A stretch of DNA of 64,000 nucleotides, taken from contig OZ024747.1 of assembly GCA_964016885.1 (NCBI GenBank), positions 54,250,001 through 54,314,000 of the forward strand. Direction: 5' to 3'. The translations under genes and the position numbers were made by a program. This DNA is from Eledone cirrhosa (Eukaryota). Shown in pieces: positions 14,021 to 28,732 of the stretch. The stretch's first letter is position 1; each line of letters starts with the position of its first letter. Under the pieces are notes generated by a model that worked only from the letters and a program-made list of their open reading frames with translations, made no database searches and was not told the origin of the DNA.

Positions 14021-14140
14021 ACGAAGGAGTTGTGGTAAGGAACCAGATGGACCATAACGCGCCAGGGTACTCAATACTTAGGGTAGTTGAGTGGGAAATA
14101 GGAAAAAGTATGAGTTCTGCCGTCGGAGTCATACTTTGTT
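14019..14140 (-). mobile_element. Family D element (D1 plus rearranged D2)
   Basis: CGAAGGAG...GTGGTAAGGAACCAGATGGACCATAACGC...GAGTGGG shared with 24604, 30505, 40710 and 63503. Confidence 0.7.
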
Positions 14141-14160
14141 TTTATTCATTGTTTTTATTA

Positions 14161-14200
<40 letters not shown>

Positions 14201-14723
14201 TAATAAAAACAATGAATAAAAAAAAAGAATCATTTTACGATTATTTTACGATCGTTTCTAGGATATATATGTGTGTGTTGGTATGTATATCATATAGATC
14301 TTTATAAACATTTTACAAACTATCAGAGGAAATATACATACCTACACATATATATGCATATATATACTACCGTATATTTTGGTATATATATAGACATAGA
14401 GATACATACATTCAGATATACCATATATACATACATATATATATATATATACAGACACACACATATATATACATACACGTACATGTGAACTAGTGTCTAT
14501 TATTTTCATGTGTTATGAAGGCTTTTAACTTTTTGATTCTTCAATTGTTACCGTTGTCTATCTTGGCTAGCATTTATAGTTGTTATTAATATTTTTGTTT
14601 CTATTGTCGTTCTAGTTGTTGTTGTTGTTATTGTTACGTTTTTGTTGACGTTGTTGTCCTTGCTGTTGTTGTTGTTATTGCTACGTTTCTTGGGGGTGTT
14701 GTTGTTGTTGTTATTTCAATGTT

Positions 14724-14945
14724 AGGGCGGTGGATTGACAGTATCGGTAGAGGGTCGGACGCCATGCTTTGCCGCATAGAGTTACGGCCCTTGCCATTCT
14801 GAGTTCAAATCCCGCCGAGGTTAACTTTGCCTTTCATCCTTACGGGGTCGATAAAATAGAGTACCAGTCACGCACTGGGGTTAATTTCATCGACCCCCCC
14901 CCAAATAAAAAATTGCTGGCCTTGTGCCTATATAATAAACCATTA
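14724..14945 (+). mobile_element. tRNA-derived SINE (major family)
   Basis: Head GGGCGGTGGATTG(G/A)CAGTATCGGTAGAG (A-box-like), B-box GAGTTCAAATCC, conserved core. Confidence 0.85.
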
Positions 14946-15100
14946 TTACTGACATATTACTGATGTTGTTGTTCTTGCTGTTGTTGTGGCTGCTTTTGCT
15001 GTTGTTATTGCTACGTTTTTGTTGACGTTGTTGTCCTTGCTATTGTTGTTGTTATTGCTACGTTTCTTGGGCGTGTTGTTGTTGTTGTTATTTCAATGTT

Positions 15101-15295
15101 AGGGCGGTGGATTGGCAGTATCGGTAGAGGGTCGGACACCATGCTTTGAAGCATGGAGTTACCTCCCTTTATGATCTGAGTTCAAATCCTGCCGAGGTTA
15201 ACTTTGCCTTTCATCCTTACGGCGTCGATAAAATAAAGTACCAGTAATACACTGGAAAATTGCTGGCCTTGTGCCTAAAGTAGAAACAATAATTA
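15101..15295 (+). mobile_element. tRNA-derived SINE, duplicated together with its upstream flank
   Basis: Same family. The upstream flank 15000-15100 duplicates 14625-14723. Confidence 0.85.
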
Positions 15296-15339
15296 CTGAC
15301 ATTGTCTTGCTATTGTTTTGCTATTGTTTTGGGCAGTGC

Positions 15340-15974
15340 TGTTTTGCTTTCGTTATTGTTCCTATTGTTGTTGTTATTGTTGTTATTGTTGCTGTCGTTA
15401 TTGTTCCTATTGTTGTTGTTATTGTTGTTATTGTTGCTGTCGTTATTGTTCCTATTGTTGTTGTTTTTGTTGTTATTGTTGATGTTAATGTTGTTATTGT
15501 TGATGTTTTTATTGTTCTTATTGTTGTTGCTACTGTTGTTATTGCTGATGTTATTGTCGTTGTTGTTATTGTTGTTTTTGTTGCTATTTTTGCTGTTATT
15601 GTTGTTATTGTTGATGTTGTTATTGTTGTTATTGTTGCTGTCGTTATTGTTCCTATTGTTGTTGTTACTGTTGTTATTGCTGATGTTGTTTTTGTTGTTA
15701 TTATTGCTGTTATTGTTGTTATTGTTGATGTTGTTATTGTTGTTATTGTTGTTATTCTTATTGTTGTTATTGTTGTTATTGTTGTTGCTGTTATTGTTGT
15801 TGTTATTGTTGTTGTAGTTTAAGTGTATTCATTTTAATCAAGTCAGACACATAAATCATCATCTATTGAAAATGTCAATCTTTCAAAGGTCAAAGTGGAT
15901 TTTATTGCACCTTTTTTATTTTATTTTATTTTATGTCTATCTTTAGTTGTTGTTATTGTTGTTGTTGTTGTTGG

Positions 15975-16014
<40 letters not shown>

Positions 16015-16015
16015 A
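15340..16015. repeat. (GTT/ATT)n degenerate trinucleotide array
   Basis: Direct reading. Confidence 0.9.
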
Positions 16016-16681
16016 TTTGTTTGTTTGTTCCGATTGTGAATTTTGCGAATGAATAAAATATTGAGAATCATAATTAGTTATTTTTATTAAATGATGTTTG
16101 CGGTTCATGTGTTGTTGGCGATGTTGATGATGATGATGACAAGGACGATAACGTTGACAATGGTGACGATGATCGAGGTGGAGGTCTTGTTGGTGGCGTT
16201 GATGCTTTTGGAGTAGGCAGCGTTGGTGGTGGCGGCAGTGTAGAAGGGTACCGCTCTTGTTGATAGTTGTGATGGTATCGATAATGGTGCTAACGATAGT
16301 GGTGATGTTGGTGGTGGTCGTGGTGTTAGTGGTGTCCATGGTGCTTGTGGTTAATGTAATGGGGTGATGGGAGGTAGTAGATGGCGTTTATATTGACGGG
16401 GCCGACTGTAGTAGTTGGGTGGATGTGATGATCCTGAGTATGATTACGGGCGATGGTCACCATGCACGATATGATGAAGACGATGACGATGATGATAATG
16501 AAGTTGATGACTCGCAGGTCAAACCTTCACGTAGAATCTCTGGTAGTTGCACGATAATAAATATCAAATGTATATTTTTTTAAAATCTAGATGTAGAAGC
16601 AATTTTTGCATACGAGAATCAAGGTTAGATAACTGTAGCAATGCTTGGTACTATATTATTGCAGGTTTATTTTATTTCTGA

Positions 16682-16895
16682 AGGCGTGTGGCGGAGTGGT
16701 TAGAGAATTGAATTCATAATCTTGAGTTTGCGAGTTCGATTCCTGGACCGGGCGATGCGTTATGTCCTTGAGCAAGACACTTTATTTCACGTTGCTCCTT
16801 CTACATGGAGTTGCAACCGATAGATAGTACTAGCAACTGGAAAGACCGACGAAAACATTGTTTCCTCGGTCCGATTTGACGAAAGTCGATCGTTC
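16682..16895 (+). mobile_element. Second SINE family (tRNA head plus CORE-like domain)
   Basis: GGCGTGTGGCGGAGTGGTTAG, GAGTTCGATTCC, TGTCCTTGAGCAAGACACTTTA. Reverse-complement copy at 43253-43447. Confidence 0.8.
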
Positions 16896-16899
16896 CTTT

Positions 16900-17650
16900 T
16901 TTATTGGTGGGTGTACTTAGCTAGTAAAAGCAAATCCAATTCCAACGTCAATTGACTGAGAATGCGAGGAAAATCACTTAATGTTGTTAAGTAAACTTTG
17001 TAGATGTCAGTAATACCAGTACTATCCAAATCATCCAACTAACATTGTTTATAGAAAAATTTACTCACCAATGCATTTTCAGTAGAACTAAAGAGCTACT
17101 GGAGACCAACTCTTCAATATTCGCTTTTAAATAATCCCTTGCTTTAACTCGAGTGTTTTGCTGAAAATATGTTGTTGCACCAAACAACTCCAACAAAACA
17201 CTCGATTGTGTCTGTCATAAACGTATCTTTAAAAAACGTATTTATATTGTCCAACTAATTTAGTTTTACTGTTTATTCAAGTGATGCGCAGTATCCATGA
17301 CATAATTGAACCCACCAAAAGTGATGTTTGGTATTTAGGAATGCATCTCTAATGCAATGCCTGACTCGAATGCGTGCAATAGAGTGGACTCTACCATAAA
17401 AGTAGACCACTGTGCTATAATAACCCAGAACCGAAAGAGATGAAAAAAATATCATACGCCATGTCTTTCTATACTCTGATATTTGCACCCTCTTCTCTGA
17501 ACACGAAACATTGAAACATGAAGTTGAACACGGCTGAATATTAACTGAGAGGACAGACATCCGCAACACTTGCTGCAAACTATTTCGCCTTATAGGTTCT
17601 GACAAAACCCCAAAATGCCAGTTTACCGCCGTTATTTAACATCATCAATA
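16900..17650 (-). pseudogene. Possible highly decayed Mutator (MULE) transposase remnant
   Basis: Frameshifted FE..IRDAFLNTKHHFWWVQLC resembles the DFE..FP..CxFH motif. A WN...TN-like stretch lies downstream. Weak. Confidence 0.25.
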
Positions 17651-18610
17651 AAGCTTTCAACTATGTTTGATATGAGAACCTCATAGGAGAAATCCTCATC
17701 TAGTGTGATACTTGACATCACCAATGAAAATTTGTACAGTTTTTGTTTTTACATTGGATTCTCCATATTAAATTGGTCATATATGTCAGTGTTTATCAAG
17801 GTGGAGTGTATATACCATTATCATATACAACTTGCGCGTGATCATTGTGAGACGCAAGAATTTGTTTCTTTCAAAATTGTCGTGGATCGCACAAAATGTT
17901 TCAGAAACATTGATCTCTGCTAAAAAGTGTCACCATCAAGTCAGCTTTCGGATTGGTTTTGGATAACACAAAATCTTCACTAGGCTGTCTGCCTAGAAGT
18001 TATATCCATCGTATAACAATGCCGTCGCTACGTTGTTTCTGTATAAGCTAAATCTGTTCTATATTATTGTTACATATTGAAACCTGTTACTCTACACTGT
18101 TACATTTGCCAACACACTCAAGGAATGCATTTTCTAATCGCCCGGACGAACAACTAAAAATAGCAGCTAAACCTCATTAGAATCGCATTCAATTGTTGTA
18201 AAAGTGGAAACAAAACACGGGGAAATATAATGCTAAATATATTATGTCTTCATAATGGGTGGAGAAAGGGGATGGCTGGGCTCATTTTGTAATCAATTTG
18301 GATATAACACAAGTTTATGTTGTGGTTACCAAGTCCTTATTCGACAATTGTAAAAGGGAAGAACAGAGGATTGCTTGGACTTCGAATACATTGGATCAGA
18401 ATAAAAGATAGGGAATAAAAACGGTTAAAATTCGTTTGTCTGCAGATTTATTTACTCAGACAGATCTGGAGGGAAGAAACAACAGGAACAACAACCAAAT
18501 GTCAAACACATATTATGTCTTCAATCACAATCTACTCCTTTTCGTATCACATATCAGAAAACCATATACAGATGATACATATTATTAGTCTGTACACTTC
18601 CTCGCCCTCA

Positions 18611-18714
<104 letters not shown>

Positions 18715-18901
18715 TCTCTCTCACACACACACACACACTATTTATGACTAATATATTATTGACACAAAATAGTGCATGAGTCCTTCAGTACATTGTTGGT
18801 GTATATATTACAAATACGCAGAGAAAAAGCAGTTATACACGCACAGACACTCATATATATATATATACATACATACATACAAAACACACACACACATACA
18901 T

Positions 18902-18934
<33 letters not shown>

Positions 18935-19029
18935 ATCCTGTATGTTTTTAGGGTTGTGTCTATTATAAACTTTGCAGCAAATTCTAATATATGATACATG
19001 AGGTACAATATTTGCTCTGAACGGAATGT

Positions 19030-19620
19030 TCCACCAACTATTCACTCGCTAACACAATTAGGCAATTTCGAGACAAAAGTCTTTCACAACTTAGATTTCA
19101 AACTTCTCTCTTGCAAGCACCCAAAAATATGTAATCGTTTATAGTATTTTTTACATTCTACTTAATATAACTTAACATCTCAAGGATAATATTGCAAGAT
19201 AGCCAACGCCCTAATTACAAAAATACACCAAACTCATTAGTTCTATGTATATTTCAATTGTTCTTAATTGAATTCCTTCTCGCCTGGCTTAAAATTATCT
19301 CTGAAAATGTCAGTAGAAAAATTTATGACATTTGGAAAATGGTCTTTCATCATTTGAAGTTGCCCAAAGGAATTAAATTGTGTTTTGGCTTCATGTAATC
19401 TATTTTTCATTTTTGTAATAAGAGATAATTAGGGTAGATATTATCAAGTGCCGATTCCAGTGTACCTACTGCATTTCATGTTCACTACTAATTGTGGAGG
19501 ATTCGAATTCACCATATTATTTGTCTTTTTGTATATTTTTCGGAGAAGTGTTAATGTTATTTAATTTCAGACTTATTCTCTAATTGTCTGGAACAATAGT
19601 TTTGGGTCAAATCAGTAAAA
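19030..19620 (-). pseudogene. Very old Penelope-like (Hydra-type) ORF remnant
   Basis: Frameshifted KRQIIW..NPP, ALDNIYP and YIFLG..(F)KSK appear in the same order as in 3290-3700. Confidence 0.4.
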
Positions 19621-20113
19621 ACCTATATGACATATGAAAGTACAACATTTAGTTGCCTTTGCAGCCGAAAGCAGAGAACAAAACTAACACTTAATGGCAT
19701 CGCATTGTTGCATGCTTGTGCTGTCAGCGACTGAACCGCCAACTCCGCCAACCTTTCTTGATGAAGAGGGTGAAGTTGAACACTCTACAGGATGCAAAAC
19801 AAAACCCGTCTAAGGGTGGAGGAACTGAGGAGTATCAGCGGCGATCCAATAGTGTGTACTTATGTACACACCTCTGGGTCTGAGACAGACTTTAAGAACG
19901 TATGTAAGTTGAGACATATAGATTGTAAATAAAATAAAGTGAATATATTCTGTAAATATGTTACTTATCGTAAAACAGCAGTGACAGCCTGCAATGCAAG
20001 TATGATTCAGACAAAATATATACAAATATACACACACACACACACACACACACACGCACGCATACACACGCGCACACACACACGCATACACACGCGCACA
20101 CACACACGCACAC

Positions 20114-20211
<98 letters not shown>

Positions 20212-20834
20212 ACACACACACACACACACACATCTATATAATGCTTCAGGAGCAATCTTCTACTTTTAACAAAACATCTTAATATATGGCATATATGAAA
20301 AATAGGATCTGTCTGAGAGATCAGATGACAAGACAAGAGAAGGAGCTAAAACAAATGTTCTCTCTTAGATGCGTACATATGAAACTTTGATCAGGGTCAC
20401 TTTACCCTCAAGATAAGTATAAATACGGCACACAAATTTCTAGTCGGTTAGTTTAATAATCGGTTCATTGTTTAAGTTTTGAGGATCAAGACCCTTTCGT
20501 CACATCCTTTCTCCTCTTCAGTGATTAGTTTTGTTACTTTGTGTATCTTTGTTCTGTTTTATACCATTTTGTCTATATATATATGTATGACTTCCTTGCT
20601 CCACCTGGAATATAAACAGTCGGAAATCATTGTATATTCATCTCTATCCTGATCAACACCAAGTACACACTTCCACCAACTCGATGAAGATCTTTCTACC
20701 TTGATTCTGCTTCATGACGCTAGAAATATCTTGGACTTCTCTTCCCCTTGTTGTGGAGACTCACTCTAATAAGGTTATAGAAGAACATTCTCCTAGGGAG
20801 GGAATCAAATCTAGAACTGCTGATGAAGAGGATA

Positions 20835-20865
<31 letters not shown>

Positions 20866-21004
20866 GAACGACGATAATGGCGATGGCGATAGTGATGGTG
20901 ATGATGTGGAGGATGAGGACAATTCTAATTATTATTATTGTTGTTGTTTTTATTATTAAGGTTATTGTTGTAGTTATTGTTTTTTATTATTGTTGTTGTT
21001 GTTA

Positions 21005-21220
21005 AAGCGGTGGATTGTCAGTATCGGTAGAGAGTCGGACACCATGCTTTTCAGCATAGAGTTACGGACCTTTACGGTCTAAGTTCAAATCCCAACGAGG
21101 TTAACTTTGCCTTTCATCATTTCAAGGTCGATAAAATAAAGCACCAGTAACGAACTGGGGTCGCTTAAATCGACTTTCGCCTCCCCCCAAAATGACTGGC
21201 CTTGTGCCTATACTAGAAAT
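21005..21220 (+). mobile_element. tRNA-derived SINE (major family)
   Basis: Sequence similarity to other copies. Confidence 0.8.
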
Positions 21221-21918
21221 CATGATTGTTGTTGTTGCATTTTTTAATGTTGTTTTTGTTATATTTGTTGTTTCTATTGTTGCCGTTGTTATTACTACTG
21301 TTATTGTTGCTGTTTTTGTTGTTATATGAAGCATGGTTTGTGGTTGAAAAAAGGGGCAAAAAATGATTACGAACAAAAAGAAAGACATATAGGAATAAAT
21401 ATAATCTCCCTCCCCCATACCAGCATATTTCCCCCACCACCGGAGATGACATCGGCGCAAATAAATTAAACTAGAATAAAACTGCAATTATATTTTAAAA
21501 AATACAAGAAAATCTTGATGTTAAATAAAAAAAAAAAAGAACAAGAATTTTATGACAATAAACGAAACCAAAACAATGAATAGAAGTATAATAAAATATA
21601 AAAGATAAATAAAAAAAATATAAGATACTCCCTCACACACTCCCTCTCTTCCAAATATGTCCTGAAAATCGACCTCAATCAAATGAAGAATTTTGAGATT
21701 GAAAGATTTCGTCAGCTAAATTCATCTTCTGTCTTTGGTAAAGATAATTATGTAATCAGAAGTGAATTCTTTATCAGATTTCAATTGAAATATTTTTCAA
21801 TTTCCTGCATTGACTTTGATTATTTTCAATTTGATTTCAGGACTGTAACAATAAATATTGTATATATATATATGTGTGTAATGGAGAGGATATATTATAT
21901 GTGTTCATGTGTGTAATA

Positions 21919-22068
<150 letters not shown>

Positions 22069-22476
22069 GACACACACACATAAATATGTATATTTGTACT
22101 TATACAGACACAGGCACATAGGCTTACACACGCACTTACACACCTACACACATGAATAAATAAATATATTGTATGTATATATGTATAATATATACATTGG
22201 TGCAGTTTCATATGTAGGTATTATGCTGCAAAAATTCTTTCGAATATTATTAGAATTTAGCGGAGTGATTTTTATCCATTTAATAAGATTCTATCAAAAT
22301 ATAATATATATTTCAATCGGGAATATATCAGTTAGATAACGAAAACTTCAAATTATTAGTGAATAATGTATATATAAAAAAAATCATACGATAGATTCTG
22401 TAATATGTGACTAGAGAGATAAAAAATGATATTTTGAAATTCAAAATAACGCACTCAAACATATACACATTCTGAA

Positions 22477-22602
<126 letters not shown>

Positions 22603-22731
22603 GCTATATATATAGAATGAGCTATATATATATATAGAATGAGCTATATATCTTACTGGTAATAAGGTAGTAATAAATTACTGACCTTCACTGTTTAAGG
22701 TTTAAAATATACATAACCATAATTAGTATCC

Positions 22732-22774
<43 letters not shown>

Positions 22775-22777
<3 letters not shown>

Positions 22778-23940
22778 ATAATAATAAAATTGAAGACTAA
22801 AATCCAAAGAGGGCTCGATAAGGAAAATATATATCAAATATATAAGAACCGTAGAGCAAATATTTATTAAAATAACAGATTAAAGTTTAAGCAAAGAATC
22901 GCTGCTTTCACCCTTAACGGGATCTTCTGAAACTAACGAAGTCAATCTGTAAACGGAGAACTGGATATTTCAAAAAACGTTGCAACCGGAGGAAGACAGG
23001 AAGACGAAACTTTGGTTCGTGGTAACGTTCGCTGGCAAAGAACGGGAAAAAACGAATAATACGTCATTAATAGGAGCGGTGAAAAACAATTACGCGCAAA
23101 GACAAAACCACGTTTATGGTATAAAAGTCGTAGACTAATGTTCTCTTAGGTGGTGCATAGAGAAGTTCTCTCAACGAAAAAACGAAGATAATAAGTCATA
23201 TGTGGAGCGTGGAGAACAATAGCACGCAAAGACAAAACCACGTAAATGGTATAGCAGAAATCGTAGACTAAAATTCTAACTAGGAGACCAAATGAATCTC
23301 CGCTACAGAGTTAAGAACAAAGTAAATAAATACAATACTGAAGTAATAGAAACAAATAAATACATACACGCAAACAGATACGTACATACACAAGCATACG
23401 CAAAACCTTACCATAGGTATACAAAACCACGCACATATAAATATGTGTGTGTGTGTATGCTTGTGTACAAATAAATAAATAATTATATAAACGTATATAA
23501 GTAAATAAATACGTATATAACAAGCGCATACGCATACCTACATATAAATACACGAATGTTCGGAGACGTAAGTCAACTAAAACAAGAAGTACACATATAC
23601 ACACACCCACCATACGTACGAACCTGCATACTCACGCGGACGCAAAACTCCCGTATACACATAGCCAAACCCTAAATACCAGAATATGTAAAAATTATAC
23701 GCCATAACAGTCAAATATACGTACGAGAAGGTATACATACCTTCACAAACCATACGGGTAATATATACTTACCTATGCAAATAAGTAAAGGAATAAACAA
23801 AACATATACTTAGCTCCCACATCAAGACGTAAAATATCCCCGTATAGATCGTGCTATCCGTTAGCGTATAACGTGGGGCTGTAATACAGGAGAGTTTTGT
23901 GCAATTTATGTTTACAAGCCGAAATTGTCTCAGATTTTTT
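22775..23940 (-). mobile_element. TA-flanked element with a decayed hammerhead (22896-22933) and an internal duplication of about 128 bp
   Basis: Reverse complement CAGAAGA-TCCCGTTAAGGGT-GAAA. GCAAAGACAAAACCACGT...CGTAGACTAA occurs at about 23096 and 23225. A 35-bp piece recurs at 7748-7782. Confidence 0.45.
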
Positions 23941-23976
23941 GTTTAAGATGTGGTCTGTGGCGTAGAGTATTTCCAG

Positions 23977-24098
<122 letters not shown>

Positions 24099-24570
24099 CC
24101 CCCTCCGCCTCCGTGGTAGTTTCTTCGTGGTTATAAGAGGCTTAGCTCTGTTTCTCGACCGTTATATCGCGTGACTATCTCCCCCTCCGCCTTTTGGGAT
24201 TCTTTCTCACGTCGTGTAGACGCGTTCTTGAGACTAGTAAAATGAGGTATCCTCTTGATAAGTCGGCAGACCTCGCAGGGACTCTATATTTTTGATATAT
24301 TGTTTTTGTTTATGCCACGAAACTACCTAGTCGAGGAATTTAGGAGCAGTTTAGGTATGATACATTTTATTACTAATTATATCTAAATGCTTCTTCTCTC
24401 TTCATAATATATTTTTAACTCTGATACTGGTTCAGTCTAGTTCAACTGAATTGGTCTGTCCCGGTCATTCATTAAGCAACATCGGTGAAGTTGGCACCCT
24501 TAACTCACAGTTGGGTGCGGATGCATTCATGTATATATGTGTGTCCCCGCGTGTATCTGTGTGTTTCTAA

Positions 24571-24603
<33 letters not shown>

Positions 24604-24844
24604 CGAAGGAGGTGTGGTAAGAACCAGATGGACCATAACGCACCAGATTACTCAATACTTAGGGTAGTAGAGTGGGTAATAGGAAAAAGTATGACCCCGA
24701 CGGCAGAGTTCAAGCCATTTCGACGGCTATTTCTGGACTAAATTAGAATTTTTAGTCTGATTTACCAGACTAAAAATTCAAATTTAGTCCAGAAATAGCC
24801 GTCGAAACGGCTTGAGCTCTGCCGTCGGGGTCATACTTTTTCCT
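24604..24844. mobile_element. Family D element: D1 plus a D2 foldback of about 164 bp
   Basis: 24681-24844 is a near-perfect inverted repeat. TA-flanked. Confidence 0.8.
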
Positions 24845-24867
24845 AAATATATATATATATATATTTC

Positions 24868-24917
<50 letters not shown>

Positions 24918-25108
24918 CGTGCATGTGTGTTTGTGATAGTGAGAGACATAGAGAGAGTGTGGTTGTATGTGTATGTGTCTCGCTGTACACACTCGCGCGT
25001 ACACAACCAGACATACACCCATACTATGACACACATCTGGCTATTAACTTATCTATCTAAGAATCTCTCTTTCCTGCTATCACTCTCTCTATATATATGT
25101 GTATATAT

Positions 25109-25162
<54 letters not shown>

Positions 25163-25307
25163 GTGCATATATATATATATATATCTAAGATGTAGTATAT
25201 ATATATATATATATGTATATATATAGTTTTAATATAGATGAGATTCTACAGGACTAGAACTGTTTCATTCTTTAGAAATCATTAGGAATCTGGGTATCAA
25301 AAAATAA

Positions 25308-25383
<76 letters not shown>

Positions 25384-25919
25384 GTGTGTATAACTGATAT
25401 ATTATATTATTTATTTAGGTTCATACACTGAACAAAAGAGCTACCTAAGTTTCAAAGGCTCAATATTGACCATAACTCCAGATTGTAAGAGGGATCAAAT
25501 TGTGATCCAATCTTTAGTCTTAAGACGAGTTTGATAACAGCGTTAAATATAAAGTGTGCTAAAACGTTCGTTTACCAAAACTTATTATAACCAAAGGAAA
25601 TAACTCAAATATGCAAATTTACAAAAGCAAAGCTTCATATGCAACATCACGGTAAAACCAAAAATTGCAGCCTGGAAGACTGTTGAAGCTTCAACGACAT
25701 CTGGCGATCAAATAGTTCCATTGAAGAGCATCCTGCCACTAAAAATAAATATAGCAAAAGATTTATGGTGTGGATAATAATATTGATAATATTAACTGTG
25801 AAAATCACAAATTTGAATATAACCTCAATCGAATTGTAACAATCTAAGGAATGGTTATTTAGTTACCACCCGCTAGAAGGAGTGTTTCAGGATGCTGCAA
25901 CTACGACCTTATCAGGAAT

Positions 25920-26020
25920 GAGAAGAAGAAGAAGAAGAAGAAGAAGAAGAAGAAGAAGAAGAAGAAGAAGAAGAAGAAGAAGAAGAAGAAGAAGAAGAAG
26001 AAGAAGAAGAAGAAGAAGAA
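25920..26020. repeat. (AGA)n microsatellite
   Basis: Direct reading. Confidence 0.95.
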
Positions 26021-26428
26021 GACAACGACGACGACGACGACGCCGCCGAGAAAGATCGTAACATTTATGATGTTTAAAGGTAATGCATAGTTCATCTAAT
26101 AATAAAATAACGCCTATTTCTTCTCCCTCTCATTCTATCTTCCAATGAAGGACTGTCCTCCGAAATGTTAAGATACCTTACCTGCAATAGCAAGCCTTCA
26201 ACTTTCATACATCGGCATTGTACTGTGTTGTTGAGCTCTATTGTTTTTCTTTGTTGAATAGTCGCAAATATAACGATATATGTTTTGAATAGCAGTTTTT
26301 TTCTTATCCGTTCGCACTCGCATTCTTTCTCCTTCTCTCTCTCATATGTATGTATGTGTGTATGTGTGTGTGTGTGTGTGCGTGTGTGTGTGTGTGTGTT
26401 GTCTGTGTGTGTGGATATGCAGGTGGGC

Positions 26429-26511
<83 letters not shown>

Positions 26512-26559
26512 CACCCACCTGCATATCCACACAGACAGACACCACACAAGCACACGCAT

Positions 26560-26659
<100 letters not shown>

Positions 26660-26725
26660 ACATTTTTGCTCTACATGGCAGAATACAGTAAATATAATCT
26701 GAGTTTTTCGAATAATAATAATAAC

Positions 26726-27004
26726 ATTCGATTCGTTTCCAATTATGCAAACAAGCCTCCATTTTATAGCCATGTCTGTAGAATGAACCCTACATTATAG
26801 CTCTTGTGTTGGCATGCAGAAAGAACTGCAGACATGATCGGCCAGATTTGCATATCTGACCAGTCAGTTTCCTGTATACGAGCGACAAATGGCCGGCTTT
26901 GCATTTCTGTTCACATGCCAACAGAAGAGCAAGAATGACGGGTTCATTCTACTGACATGGCTATAAAATTGAGGCTAGTTTGAATAATTGCAAACGAATC
27001 GAAT
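26726..27004. mobile_element. Foldback MITE-like element of about 280 bp
   Basis: Long imperfect inverted arms ATTCGATTCGTTT..CAATTAT...ATAGCCATGTC.GTAGAATGAACCC. Confidence 0.75.
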
Positions 27005-27185
27005 TGTCAGTATCGGTAGAGTGTTGGACGCCATGCTTTCTAGCATAGTTACGTCTTTTTACAGTCTGAGTTCAAATCCCGCCGAGGTTAACTTTGCCTT
27101 TCATCCTTACGGGGTCGATAAAATAAAGTACCAGTAATGTACTGGGTAATTGCTGGCCTTGTACCTAAAGTAGAAACAATTATTA
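27004..27185 (+). mobile_element. tRNA-derived SINE (major family), 5' end clipped
   Basis: Sequence similarity to other copies. Confidence 0.85.
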
Positions 27186-27207
27186 ATATTCGAAAAACTC
27201 AGACTAA

Positions 27208-27246
<39 letters not shown>

Positions 27247-27264
27247 ATCTTATTTCTCATTCTT

Positions 27265-27300
27265 TTTTCTGATGAAGGACTGGCGTCCGAAACGTCAAGA
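27265..27300 (+). ncRNA. Minimal hammerhead ribozyme (family E) in a TA/CA-flanked element 27239-27385
   Basis: TTTT-CTGATGA-AGGAC TGGC GTCC-GAAA-CG-TC-AAGA. Relatives at 26137-26174 (decayed) and 41827-41862 (GAAA>AAAA). Confidence 0.75.
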
Positions 27301-27385
27301 CGTTCTTCCTGCTATATCAAGCGTTAACCTAATATATCCTTTCCATATACTGTACCGATTGTGTTGTTATTTCTGTTTACCTTTT

Positions 27386-27435
<50 letters not shown>

Positions 27436-27451
27436 TGCGAGCGAGGAAGAG

Positions 27452-27494
<43 letters not shown>

Positions 27495-27500
27495 GAGAGA

Positions 27501-27552
<52 letters not shown>

Positions 27553-28201
27553 CTTACATAACTCACATACAAACAAACCAGTCTTCATCGACACTATATA
27601 GTGTTCACTGAATAATATATGGTAAACAAGAAAACGTCAATATGAAAATACATGGAAACAACACACACACACACATGAACACACACACACACATACACGC
27701 ACACACTTACACACATACGCACACACACGCACACATACACAGAAACAACCATACAAACATAGATAGAATCAAAAACTGAAACTATTCAGGACCAGAATAG
27801 TTTTATAAAAATAACAATAAACAAATAATTAATAGAAGATAATACACAAACCAATATGTAACAAAATCATATATACAAAATATTTCTTTTAAAATGGCAG
27901 AAAGTAGAGACAAATACTTTCGTGGATAGATAAATAAATAAATAAATAATAAATAAATAAATAAATAATAAATAAATAATAAATAATAATAATGATAATA
28001 TTAATAATAATAATAATAATAATAATATTTGTTATTATTTTTAATATTGTTGTAGTATTATTATATTAAAAAATCAAGCATAATAATAATCATGCGTTTA
28101 TTTTATGTCATTGCGTCTTCATAAAAGAACGAACATTATAAATCGATACAGATTCAATCGAGGATGCAAGAGATCACACACATCCACAGACACAAGTATA
28201 T

Positions 28202-28292
<91 letters not shown>

Positions 28293-28371
28293 TATACATA
28301 TATATATTCATATATACATATATATATTATATATATATAGGTATGTATGTATATAAATGTATATATATATA

Positions 28372-28448
<77 letters not shown>

Positions 28449-28662
28449 TAGATACATAGATATCACACACATACTTATATAGATATATATATGTACATGT
28501 ATATGTATATATATATGATATATGCTTATATATATATTTATATATATATGTATATATATATATATATGTATATATATTTATATATATATATATATACATA
28601 TATATACACATATTTATATATATACATATATTTATATATATACATATATTAATATATATACT

Positions 28663-28732
<70 letters not shown>

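Noticed and set aside
15271-15822. Val/Leu-rich membrane-protein-like ORFs
   Set aside because: They come from a (GTT/ATT)n array.
16682-16755. tRNA gene
   Set aside because: A and B boxes are present but there is no cloverleaf. It continues into a SINE body repeated at 43253.
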